From Eledone cirrhosa (taxonomy: Eukaryota), in NCBI GenBank assembly GCA_964016885.1, contig OZ024762.1:29698001-29762000 (forward strand): a stretch of DNA of 64,000 nucleotides, given 5' to 3'. Below are positions 1-13,029 of the stretch, piece after piece (position 1 is the stretch's first letter; each line of letters opens with the position of its first letter). The notes beneath the pieces were generated by a model. It was not told the origin of the DNA. It did no database searches and was given only the letters and a program-made list of their open reading frames with translations. The translations under genes and the position numbers were made by a program.

Positions 1-1159
1 TTTCTACGGCTGGATGCTATTCCTAACACCAACCACATTTACAGTGTGGACTGGGAGATTTTTACCGTGTTGCCTACACGGCCACATTACAGCGTGGACT
101 GTCTGGCGGGTTATCTACGGCTGGATGCCCTTCCTAACACCAACCACATTTACAGTGTGGACTGGGAGGTTTTTACCGTGTTGCCTACACGGCCACATTA
201 CAGCGTGGACTGTCTGGCGGGTTTTCTACGGCTGGATGCCCTTCCTAACACCAACCACATTTACATTGTGGACTGGGAGATTTTTACCGTGTTGCCTACA
301 CGGCCACATTACAGCGTGGACTGACTGGCAGGTTTTCTACAGCTGGATGCTCTTCCTAACACCAACCACATTTACAGTGTGGACTGGGAGATTTTTACCG
401 TGTTGCCTACACGGCCACATTACACCGTGGACTGTCTGGCGGGTTTTCTACGGCTGCATGCCCTTCCTAACACCAACCACATTTACAGTGTGGGGCTGGG
501 AGGTTTTTACTGTGTTGCCTACACAGCCACATTACAGTGTGGACTGTCTGGCGGGTTTTCTACAGCTGGATGCCCTTCCTAACACCAACTACGTTTACAG
601 TGTGGAACTGGGAGGTTTTTACCGTGTTGCCTACACGGCCACATTACAGCGTGGACTGTCTGGCGGGTTTTCTACGGCTGGATGCCCTTCCTAACACCAA
701 CCACATTTACAGTGTGGGCTGGGAGGTTTTTACCGTGTTGCCTACACGGCCACATTACAGCGTGGACTGTCTGGCGGGTTTTCTACAGCTGGATGCCCTT
801 CCTAACACCAACCACATTTACAGTGTGGACTGGGAGATCTTTACCGTGTTGCCTACACGGCCACATTACAGCGTGGACTGTCTGGCGGGTTTTCTACGGC
901 TGGATGCCCTTCCTAACACCAACCACATTTACAGTGTGGACTGGGAGGTTTTTACCGTGTTGTCTACACGGCCACATTACAGCGTGGACTGTCTGGCGGG
1001 TTATCTACTGCTGGATGCCCTTCCTAACACCAACCACATTTACAGTGTGGAACTGGGAGGTTTTTACCGTGTTGCCTACACGGCCACATTACAGCGTGGA
1101 CTGTCTGGCGGGTTTTCTACGGCTGGATGCTATTCCTAACACCAACCACATTTACATTT

Positions 1160-4100
1160 TGGACTGGGAGATTTTTACCGTGTTGCCTACACGGCCACAT
1201 TACAGCGTGGACTGTCTGGCGGGTTATCTACGGCTGGATGCCCTTCCTAACACCAACCACATTTACAGTGTGGAACTGGGAGGTTTTTACCGTGTTGCCT
1301 ACACGGCCACATTACAGCGTGGACTGTCTGGCGGGTTTTCTACGGCTGGATGCTATTCCTAACACCAACCACATTTACAGTGTGGACTGGGAGATTTTTA
1401 CCGTGTTGCCTACACGGCCACATTACAGCGTGGACTGACTGGCGGGTTTTCTACAGCTGGATGCTCTTCCTAACACCAACCACATTTACAGTGTGGACTG
1501 GGAGATTTTTACCGTGTTGCCTACACGGCCACATTACAGCGTGGACTGTCTGGCGGGTTTTCTACGGCTGGATGCCCTTCCTAACACCAACCACATTTAC
1601 AGTGTGGGGCTGGGAGGTTTTTACTGTGTTGCCTACACAGCCACATTACAGCGTGGACTGTCTGGCGGGTTTTCTACAGCTGGATGCCCTTCCTAACACC
1701 AACTACGTTTACAGTGTGGAACTGGGAGGTTTTTACCGTGTTGCCTACACGGCCACATTACAGCGTGGACTGTCTGGCGGGTTTTCTACGGCTGGATGCC
1801 CTTCCTAACACCAACCACATTTACAGTGTGGGCTGGGAGGTTTTAACCGTGTTGCCTACACGGCCACATTACAGTGTGGACTGTCTGGCGGGTTTTCTAC
1901 AGCTGGATGCCCTTCCTAACACCAACTACGCTTACAGTGTGGAACTGGGAGGTTTTTACCGTGTTGCCTACACGGCCACATTACAGCGTGGACTGTCTGG
2001 CGGGTTTTCTACAGCTGGATGCCCTTCCTAACACCAACCACATTTACAGTGTGGACTGGGAGATTTTTACCGTGTTGCCTACACGGCCACATTACAGCGT
2101 GGACTGTCTGGCGGGTTTTCTACGGCTGGATGCCCTTCCTAACACCAACCACATTTACAGTGTGGACTGGGAGGTTTTTACCGTGTTGCCTACACGGCCA
2201 CATTACAGCGTGGACTGTCTGGCGGGTTTTCTACAGCTGGATGCCCTTCCTAACACCAACCACATTTACAGTGTGGACTGGGAGATTTTTACCGTGTTGC
2301 CTACACGGCCACATTACAGCGTGGACTGTCTGGCGGGTTTTCTACGGCTGGATGCCCTTCCTAACACCAACCACATTTACAGTGTGGACTGGGAGGTTTT
2401 TACCGTGTTGCCTACAAGGCCACATTACAGCGTGGACTGTCTGGCGGGTTATCTACGGCTGGATGCCCTTCCTAACACCAACCACATTTACATTGTGGAC
2501 AGGGAGATTTTTACCGTGTTGCCTACACGGCCACATTACAGCGTGGACTGTCTGGCGGGTTTTCTACAGCTGGATGCCCTTCCTAACACCAACCACATTT
2601 ACAGTGTGGACTGGGAGATTTTTACCGTGTTGCCTACACGGCCACATTACAGCGTGGACTGTCTGGCGGGTTTTCTACGGCTGGATGCCCTTCCTAACAC
2701 CAACCACATTTACAGTGTGGACTGGGAGGTTTTTACCGTGTTGCCTACAAGGCCACATTACAGCGTGGACTGTCTAGCGGGTTATCTACGGCTGGATGCC
2801 CTTCCTAACACCAACCACATTTACAGTGTGGACTGGGAGGTTTTTACCGTGTTGCCTACACGGCCACATTACAGCGTGGACTGTCTGGCGGGTTTTCTAC
2901 AGCTGGATGCCCTTCCTAACACCAACTACGTTTACAGTGTGGAACTGGGAGGTTTTTCCCGTGTTGCCTACACGGCCACATTACAGCGTGGACTGTCTGG
3001 CGGGTTTTCTACAGCTGGATGCCCTTCCTAACACCAACCACATTTACAGTGTGGACTGGGAGATCTTTACCGTGTTGCCTACACGGCCACATTACAGCGT
3101 GGACTGTCTGGCGGGTTTTCTACGGCTGGATGCCCTTCGTAACACCAACCACATTTACAGTGTGGACTGGGAGGTTTTTACCGTGTTGTCTACACGGCCA
3201 CATTACAGCGTGGACTGTCTGGCGGGTTATCTACGGCTGGATGCCCTTCCTAACACCAACCACATTTACAGTGTGGAACTGGGAGGTTTTTACCGTGTTG
3301 CCTACACGGCCACATTACAGCGTGGACTGTCTGGCGGGTTTTCTACGGCTGGATGCTATTCCTAACACCAACCACATTTACATTTTGGACTGGGAGATTT
3401 TTACCGTGTTGCCTACACGGCCACATTACAGCGTGGACTGTCTGGCGGGTTATCTACGGCTGGATGCCCTTCCTAACACCAACCACATTTACAGTGTGGA
3501 ACTGGGAGGTTTTTACCGTGTTGCCTACACGGCCACATTACAGCGTGGACTGTCTGGCGGGTTTTCTACGGCTGGATGCTATTCCTAACACCAACCACAT
3601 TTACAGTGTGGACTGGGAGATTTTTACCGTGTTGCCTACACGGCCACATTACAGCGTGGACTGTCTGGCGGGTTATCTACGGCTGGATGCCCTTCCTAAC
3701 ACCAACCACATTTACAGTGTGGACTGGGAGGTTTTTACCGTGTTGCCTACACGGCCACATTACAGCGTGGACTGTCTGGCGGGTTTTCTACGGCTGGATG
3801 CCCTTCCTAACACCAACCACATTTACATTGTGGACTGGGAGATTTTTACCGTGTTGCCTACACGGCCACATTACAGCGTGGACTGACTGGCAAGTTTTCT
3901 ACAGCTGGATGCTCTTCCTAACACCAACCACATTTACAGTGTGGACTGGGAGATTTTTACCGTGTTGCCTACACGGCCACATTACAGCGTGGACTGTCTG
4001 GCGGGTTTTCTACGGCTGCATGCCCTTCCTAACACCAACCACATTTACAGTGTGGGGCTGGGAGGTTTTTACTGTGTTGCCTACACAGCCACATTACAGT

Positions 4101-7100
4101 GTGGACTGTCTGGCGGGTTTTCTACAGCTGGATGCCCTTCCTAACACCAACTACGTTTACAGTGTGGAACTGGGAGGTTTTTACCGTGTTGCCTACACGG
4201 CCACATTACAGCGTGGACTGTCTGGCGGGTTTTCTACGGCTGGATGCCCTTCCTAACACCAACCACATTTACAGTGTGGGCTGGGAGGTTTTTACCGTGT
4301 TGCCTACACGGCCACATTACAGCGTGGACTGTCTGGCGGGTTTTCTACAGCTGGATGCCCTTCCTAACACCAACCACATTTACAGTGTGGACTGGGAGAT
4401 CTTTACCGTGTTGCCTACACGGCCACATTACAGCGTGGACTGTCTGGCGGGTTTTCTACGGCTGGATGCCCTTCCTAACACCAACCACATTTACAGTGTG
4501 GACTGGGAGGTTTTTACCGTGTTGTCTACACGGCCACATTACAGCGTGGACTGTCTGGCGGGTTATCTACGGCTGGATGCCCTTCCTAACACCAACCACA
4601 TTTACAGTGTGGAACTGGGAGGTTTTTACCGTGTTGCCTACACGGCCACATTACAGCGTGGACTGTCTGGCGGGTTTTCTACGGCTGGATGCTATTCCTA
4701 ACACCAACCACATTTACATTTTGGACTGGGAGATTTTTACCGTGTTGCCTACACGGCCACATTACAGCGTGGACTGTCTGGCGGGTTATCTACGGCTGGA
4801 TGCCCTTCCTAACACCAACCACATTTACAGTGTGGAACTGGGAGGTTTTTACCGTGTTGCCTACACGGCCACATTACAGCGTGGACTGTCTGGCGGGTTT
4901 TCTACGGCTGGATGCTATTCCTAACACCAACCACATTTACAGTGTGGACTGGGAGATTTTTACCGTGTTGCCTACACGGCCACATTACAGCGTGGACTGT
5001 CTGGCGGGTTATCTACGGCTGGATGCCCTTCCTAACACCAACCACATTTACAGTGTGGACTGGGAGGTTTTTACCGTGTTGCCTACACGGCCACATTACA
5101 GCGTGGACTGTCTGGCGGGTTTTCTACGGCTGGATGCCCTTCCTAACACCAACCACATTTACATTGTGGACTGGGAGATTTTTACCGTGTTGCCTACACG
5201 GCCACATTACAGCGTGGACTGACTGGCAGGTTTTCTACAGCTGGATGCTCTTCCTAACACCAACCACATTTACAGTGTGGACTGGGAGATTTTTACCGTG
5301 TTGCCTACACGGCCACATTACAGCGTGGACTGTCTGGCGGGTTTTCTACGGCTGCATGCCCTTCCTAACACCAACCACATTTACAGTGTGGGGCTGGGAG
5401 GTTTTTACTGTGTTGCCTACACAGCCACATTACAGTGTGGACTGTCTGGCGGGTTTTCTACAGCTGGATGCCCTTCCTAACACCAACTACGTTTACAGTG
5501 TGGAACTGGGAGGTTTTTACCGTGTTGCCTACACGGCCACATTACAGCGTGGACTGTCTGGCGGGTTTTCTACGGCTGGATGCCCTTCCTAACACCAACC
5601 ACATTTACAGTGTGGGCTGGGAGGTTTTTACCGTGTTGCCTACACGGCCACATTACAGTGTGGACTGTCTGGCGGGTTTTCTACAGCTGGATGCCCTTCC
5701 TAACACCAACTACGCTTACAGTGTGGGACTGGGAGGTTTTTACCGTGTTGCCTACACGGCCACATTACAGCGTGGACTGTCTGGCGGGTTTTCTACAGCT
5801 GGATGCCCTTCCTAACACCAACCACATTTACAGTGTGGACTGGGAGATTTTTACCGTGTTGCCTACACGGCCACATTACAGCGTGGCCTGTCTGGCGGGT
5901 TTTCTACGGCTGGATGCCCTTCCTAACACCAACCACATTTACAGTGTGGACTGGGAGGTTTTTACCGTGTTGCCTACAAGGCCACATTACAGCGTGGACT
6001 GTCTGGCGGGTTTTCTACGGCTGGATGCCCTTCCTAACACCAACCACATTTACATTGTGGACTGGGAGATTTTTACCGTGTTGCCTACACGGCCACATTA
6101 CAGCGTGGACTGACTGGCGGGTTTTCTACAGCTGGATGCTCTTCCTAACACCAACCACATTTACAGTGTGGACTGGGAGATTTTTACCGTGTTGCCTACA
6201 CGGCCACATTACAGCGTGGACTGTCTGGCGGGTTTTCTACGGCTGGATGCCCTTCCTAACACCAACCACATTTAGTTTGGGGTTGCGTGGTTTTTACCGT
6301 GTTGCCTACACGGCCACATTACAGCGTGGACTGTCTGGCGGGTTTTCTACGGCTGGATGCCCTTCCTAACACCAACCACATTTACAGTGTGGACTGGGAG
6401 GTTTTTACCGTGTTGCCTACACGGCCACATTACAGCGTGGACTGTCTGGCGGGTTTTCTACGGCTGGATACCCTTCCTAACACCAACCACATTTACAGTG
6501 TGGACTGGGAGGTTTTTACCGTGTTGCCTACACGGCCACATTACAGCGTGGACTGTCTGGCGGGTTATCTACGGCTGGATGCCCTTCCTAACACCAACCA
6601 CATTTACAGTGTGGACTGGGAGGTTTTTACCGTGTTGCCTACACGGCCACATTACAGCGTGGACTGTCTGGCGGGTTTTCTACGGCTGGATGCCCTTCCT
6701 AACACCAACCACATTTACATTGTGGACTGGGAGATTTTTACCGTGTTGCCTACACGGCCACATTACAGCGTGGACTGTCTGGCGGGTTTTCTACGGCTGG
6801 ATGCCCTTCCTAACACCAACCACATTTACATTGTGGACTGGGAGATTTTTACCGTGTTGCCTACACGGCCACATTACAGCGTGGACTGTCTGGCGGGTTA
6901 TCTACGGCTGGATGCCCTTCCTAACACCAACCACATTTACAGTGTGGAACTGGGAGGTTTTTACCGTGTTGCCTACACGGCCACATTACAGCGTGGACTG
7001 TCTGGCGGGTTTTCTACGGCTGGATGCTATTCCTAACACCAACCACATTTACAGTGTGGACTGGGAGATTTTTACCGTGTTGCCTACACGGCCACATTAC

Positions 7101-10100
7101 AGCGTGGACTTACTGGCGGGTTTTCTACAGCTGGATGCTCTTCCTAACAGCAACCACATTTACAGTGTGGACTGGGAGATTTTTACCGTGTTGCCTACAC
7201 GGCCACATTACAGCGTGGACTGTCTGGCGGGTTTTCTACGGCTGGATGCCCTTCCTAACACCAACCACATTTACAGTGTGGGGCTGGGAGGTTTTTACTG
7301 TGTTGCCTACACAGCCACATTACAGCGTGGACTGTCTGGCGGGTTTTCTACAGCTGGATGCCCTTCCTAACACCAACTACGTTTACAGTGTGGAACTGGG
7401 AGGTTTTTACCGTGTTGCCTACACGGCCACATTACAGCGTGGACTGTCTGGCGGGTTTTCTACGGCTGGATGCCCTTCCTAACACCAACCACATTTACAG
7501 TGTGGGCTGGGAGGTTTTTACCGTGTTGCCTACACGGCCACATTACAGTGTGGACTGTCTGGCGGGTTTTCTACAGCTGGATGCCCTTCCTAACACCAAC
7601 TACGCTTACAGTGTGGAACTGGGAGGTTTTTACCGTGTTGCCTACACGGCCACATTACAGCGTGGACTGTCTGGCGGGTTTTCTACAGCTGGATGCCCTT
7701 CCTAACACCAACCACATTTACAGTGTGGACTGGGAGATTTTTACCGTGTTGCCTACACGGCCACATTACAGCGTGGACTGTCTGGCGGGTTTTCTACGGC
7801 TGGATGCCCTTCCTAACACCAACCACATTTACAGTGTGGACTGGGAGGTTTTTACCGTGTTGCCTACACGGCCACATTACAGCGTGGACTGTCTGGCGGG
7901 TTTTCTACAGCTGGATGCCCTTCCTAACACCAACCACATTTACAGTGTGGACTGGGAGATTTTTACCGTGTTGCCTACACGGCCACATTACAGCGTGGAC
8001 TGTCTGGCGGGTTTTCTACGGCTGGATGCCCTTCCTAACACCAACCACATTTACAGTGTGGACTGGGAGGTTTTTACCGTGTTGCCTACAAGGCCACATT
8101 ACAGCGTGGACTGTCTGGCGGGTTATCTACGGCTGGATGCCCTTCCTAACACCAACCACATTTACATTGTGGACAGGGAGATTTTTACCGTGTTGCCTAC
8201 ACGGCCACATTACAGCGTGGACTGTCTGGCGGGTTTTCTACAGCTGGATGCCCTTCCTAACACCAACCACATTTACAGTGTGGACTGGGAGATTTTTACC
8301 GTGTTGCCTACACGGCCACATTACAGCGTGGACTGTCTGGCGGGTTTTCTACGGCTGGATGCCCTTCCTAACACCAACCACATTTACAGTGTGGACTGGG
8401 AGGTTTTTACCGTGTTGCCTACAAGGCCACATTACAGCGTGGACTGTCTAGCGGGTTATCTACGGCTGGATGCCCTTCCTAACACCAACCACATTTACAG
8501 TGTGGACTGGGAGGTTTTTACCGTGTTGCCTACACGGCCACATTACAGCGTGGACTGTCTGGCGGGTTTTCTACAGCTGGATGCCCTTCCTAACACCAAC
8601 TACGTTTACAGTGTGGAACTGGGAGGTTTTTCCCGTGTTGCCTACACGGCCACATTACAGCGTGGACTGTCTGGCGGGTTTTCTAGAGCTGGATGCCCTT
8701 CCTAACACCAACCACATTTACAGTGTGGACTGGGAGATCTTTACCGTGTTGCCTACACGGCCACATTACAGCGTGGACTGTCTGGCGGGTTTTCTACGGC
8801 TGGATGCCCTTCGTAACACCAACCACATTTACAGTGTGGACTGGGAGGTTTTTACCGTGTTGTCTACACGGCCACATTACAGCGTGGACTGTCTGGCGGG
8901 TTATCTACGGCTGGATGCCCTTCCTAACACCAACCACATTTACAGTGTGGAACTGGGAGGTTTTTACCGTGTTGCCTACACGGCCACATTACAGCGTGGA
9001 CTGTCTGGCGGGTTTTCTACGGCTGGATGCTATTCCTAACACCAACCACATTTACATTTTGGACTGGGAGATTTTTACCGTGTTGCCTACACGGCCACAT
9101 TACAGCGTGGACTGTCTGGCGGGTTATCTACGGCTGGATGCCCTTCCTAACACCAACCACATTTACAGTGTGGAACTGGGAGGTTTTTACCGTGTTGCCT
9201 ACACGGCCACATTACAGCGTGGACTGTCTGGCGGGTTTTCTACGGCTGGATGCTATTCCTAACACCAACCACATTTACAGTGTGGACTGGGAGATTTTTA
9301 CCGTGTTGCCTACACGGCCACATTACAGCGTGGACTGTCTGGCGGGTTATCTACGGCTGGATGCCCTTCCTAACACCAACCACATTTACAGTGTGGACTG
9401 GGAGGTTTTTACCGTGTTGCCTACACGGCCACATTACAGCGTGGACTGTCTGGCGGGTTTTCTACGGCTGGATGCCCTTCCTAACACCAACCACATTTAC
9501 ATTGTGGACTGGGAGATTTTACCGTGTTGCCTACACGGCCACATTACAGCGTGGACTGACTGGCAAGTTTTCTACAGCTGGATGCTCTTCCTAACACCAA
9601 CCACATTTACAGTGTGGACTGGGAGATTTTTACCGTGTTGCCTACACGGCCACATTACAGCGTGGACTGTCTGGCGGGTTTTCTACGGCTGCATGCCCTT
9701 CCTAACACCAACCACATTTACAGTGTGGGGCTGGGAGGTTTTTACTGTGTTGCCTACACAGCCACATTACAGTGTGGACTGTCTGGCGGGTTTTCTACAG
9801 CTGGATGCCCTTCCTAACACCAACTACGTTTACAGTGTGGAACTGGGAGGTTTTTACCGTGTTGCCTACACGGCCACATTACAGCGTGGACTGTCTGGCG
9901 GGTTTTCTACAGCTGGATGCCCTTCCTAACACCAACCACATTTACAGTGTGGACTGGGAGATCTTTACCGTGTTGCCTACACGGCCACATTACAGCGTGG
10001 ACTGTCTGGCGGGTTTTCTACGGCTGGATGCCCTTCCTAACACCAACCACATTTACAGTGTGGACTGGGAGGTTTTTACCGTGTTGTCTACACGGCCACA

Positions 10101-12337
10101 TTACAGCGTGGACTGTCTGGCGGGTTATCTACGGCTGGATGCCCTTCCTAACACCAACCACATTTACAGTGTGGAACTGGGAGGTTTTTACCGTGTTGCC
10201 TACACGGCCACATTACAGCGTGGACTGTCTGGCGGGTTTTCTACGGCTGGATGCTATTCCTAACACCAACCACATTTACATTTTGGACTGGGAGATTTTT
10301 ACCGTGTTGCCTACACGGCCACATTACAGCGTGGACTGTCTGGCGGGTTATCTACGGCTGGATGCCCTTCCTAACACCAACCACATTTACAGTGTGGAAC
10401 TGGGAGGTTTTTACCGTGTTGCCTACACGGCCACATTACAGCGTGGACTGTCTGGCGGGTTTTCTACGGCTGGATGCTATTCCTAACACCAACCACATTT
10501 ACAGTGTGGACTGGGAGATTTTTACCGTGTTGCCTACACGGCCACATTACAGCGTGGACTGTCTGGCGGGTTATCTACGGCTGGATGCCCTTCCTAACAC
10601 CAACCACATTTACAGTGTGGACTGGGAGGTTTTTACCGTGTTGCCTACACGGCCACATTACAGCGTGGACTGTCTGGCGGGTTTTCTACGGCTGGATGCC
10701 CTTCCTAACACCAACCACATTTACATTGTGGACTGGGAGATTTTTACCGTGTTGCCTACACGGCCACATTACAGCGTGGACTGACTGGCAGGTTTTCTAC
10801 AGCTGGATGCTCTTCCTAACACCAACCACATTTACAGTGTGGACTGGGAGATTTTTACCGTGTTGCCTACACGGCCACATTACAGCGTGGACTGTCTGGC
10901 GGGTTTTCTACGGCTGCATGCCCTTCCTAACACCAACCACATTTACAGTGTGGGGCTGGGAGGTTTTTACTGTGTTGCCTACACAGCCACATTACAGTGT
11001 GGACTGTCTGGCGGGTTTTCTACAGCTGGATGCCCTTCCTAACACCAACTACGTTTACAGTGTGGAACTGGGAGGTTTTTACCGTGTTGCCTACACGGCC
11101 ACATTACAGCGTGGACTGTCTGGCGGGTTTTCTACGGCTGGATGCCCTTCCTAACACCAACCACATTTACAGTGTGGGCTGGGAGGTTTTTACCGTGTTG
11201 CCTACACGGCCACATTACAGTGTGGACTGTCTGGCGGGTTTTCTACAGCTGGATGCCCTTCCTAACACCAACTACGCTTACAGTGTGGGACTGGGAGGTT
11301 TTTACCGTGTTGCCTACACGGCCACATTACAGCGTGGACTGTCTGGCGGGTTTTCTACAGCTGGATGCCCTTCCTAACACCAACCACATTTACAGTGTGG
11401 ACTGGGAGATTTTTACCGTGTTGCCTACACGGCCACATTACAGCGTGGCCTGTCTGGCGGGTTTTCTACGGCTGGATGCCCTTCCTAACACCAACCACAT
11501 TTACAGTGTGGACTGGGAGGTTTTTACCGTGTTGCCTACAAGGCCACATTACAGCGTGGACTGTCTGGCGGGTTTTCTACGGCTGGATGCCCTTCCTAAC
11601 ACCAACCACATTTACATTGTGGACTGGGAGATTTTTACCGTGTTGCCTACACGGCCACATTACAGCGTGGACTGACTGGCGGGTTTTCTACAGCTGGATG
11701 CTCTTCCTAACACCAACCACATTTACAGTGTGGACTGGGAGATTTTTACCATGTTGCCTACACGGCCACATTACAGCGTGGACTGTCTGGCGGGTTTTCT
11801 ACGGCTGGATGCCCTTCCTAACACCAACCACATTTAGTTTGGGGTTGCGTGGTTTTTACCGTGTTGCCTACACGGCCACATTACAGCGTGGACTGTCTGG
11901 CGGGTTTTCTACGGCTGGATGCCCTTCCTAACACCAACCACATTTACAGTGTGGACTGGGAGGTTTTTACCGTGTTGCCTACACGGCCACATTACAGCGT
12001 GGACTGTCTGGCGGGTTTTCTACGGCTGGATACCCTTCCTAACACCAACCACATTTACAGTGTGGACTGGGAGGTTTTTACCGTGTTGCCTACACGGCCA
12101 CATTACAGCGTGGACTGTCTGGCGGGTTATCTACGGCTGGATGCCCTTCCTAACACCAACCACATTTACAGTGTGGACTGGGAGGTTTTTACCGTGTTGC
12201 CTACACGGCCACATTACAGCGTGGACTGTCTGGCGGGTTTTCTACGGCTGGATGCCCTTCCTAACACCAACCACATTTACATTGTGGACTGGGAGATTTT
12301 TACCGTGTTGCCTACACGGCCACATTACAGCGTGGAC
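1160..12337. repeat. Tandem duplication of a ~5.6-kb block (51/50 monomers): ~1160-6775 and ~6834-12337
   Basis: Rare variants recur at offset 5674 (GGACAGGG 2497/8171, TCTAGCGG ~2773/8447, TTCGTAAC ~3136/8810). The offset becomes 5562 after a 1-bp deletion (~9517) and the loss of one monomer (~9900), e.g. TTTAGTTTGGGG 6271/11833. Confidence 0.9.
3050..5660. repeat. Local 12-monomer (1336-bp) higher-order repeat within the left domain
   Basis: Identical ORFs at 3353/4689 and 3576/4912. AGATCT at 3061/4397 and GCATGC at 4018/5354 (offset 1336). A related copy lies at 14/3576 (offset 3562, 32 monomers). Confidence 0.85.
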
Positions 12338-13029
12338 TGACTGGCGGGTTTTCTACAGCTGGATGCTCTTCCTAACACCAACCACATTTACAGTGTGGAC
12401 TGGGAGATTTTTACCGTGTTGCCTACACGGCCACATTACAGCGTGGACTGTCTGGCGGGTTTTCTACGGCTGGATGCCCTTCCTAACACCAACCACATTT
12501 ACAGTGTGGGGCTGGGAGGTTTTTACTGTGTTGCCTCCACAGCCACATTACAGCGTGGACTGTCTGGCGGGTTTGCTACAGCTGGATGCCCTTCCTAACA
12601 CCAACTACGTTTACAGGGTGGAACTGGGAGGTTTTTACCGTGTTGCCTACACGGCCACATTACAGCGTGGACTGTCTGGCGGGTTTTCTACGGCTGGATG
12701 CCCTTCCTAACACCAACCACATTTACAGTGTGGACTGGGAGATTTTTACCGTGTTGCCTACACGGCCACATTACAGCGTGGACTGTCTGGCGGGTTTTCT
12801 ACGGCTGGATGCCCTTCCTAACACCAACCACATTTACAGTGTGGACTGGGAGGTTTTTACCGTGTTGCCTACACGGCCACATTACAGCGTGGACTGTCTG
12901 GCGGGTTTTCTACGGCTGGATGCCCTTCCTAACACCAACCACATTTACAGTGTGGACTGGGAGGTTTTTACCGTGTTGCCTACACGGCCACATTACAGCG
13001 TGGACTGTCTGGCAGGTTTTCTACGGCTG

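Noticed and set aside
133-137. Telomere-like CCTAA (TTAGG) motif
   Set aside because: A single pentamer per monomer, never in tandem. Expected by chance.
164-222. G-quadruplex-forming repeat
   Set aside because: Only two GGG runs per monomer on the plus strand, about 50 bp apart. The canonical four-run pattern is not met.
1-231. Self-cleaving ribozyme (hammerhead as in newt or schistosome satellites, or HDV-like as in RTE 5' UTRs)
   Set aside because: There is no CTGANGA core on either strand of the consensus, and I could not build an HDV-type double pseudoknot. An Infernal or RNArobo search would be needed to exclude atypical forms.
1-231. Tandem 5S rRNA, tRNA or snRNA gene array (unit length near 5S size)
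   Set aside because: No recognisable 5S or tRNA sequence, no A/B/C boxes and no gene-plus-spacer layout.
3130-3160. CENP-B box
   Set aside because: TTCG occurs only in a rare variant and is not followed by the required A..CGGG spacing. The consensus lacks the motif.
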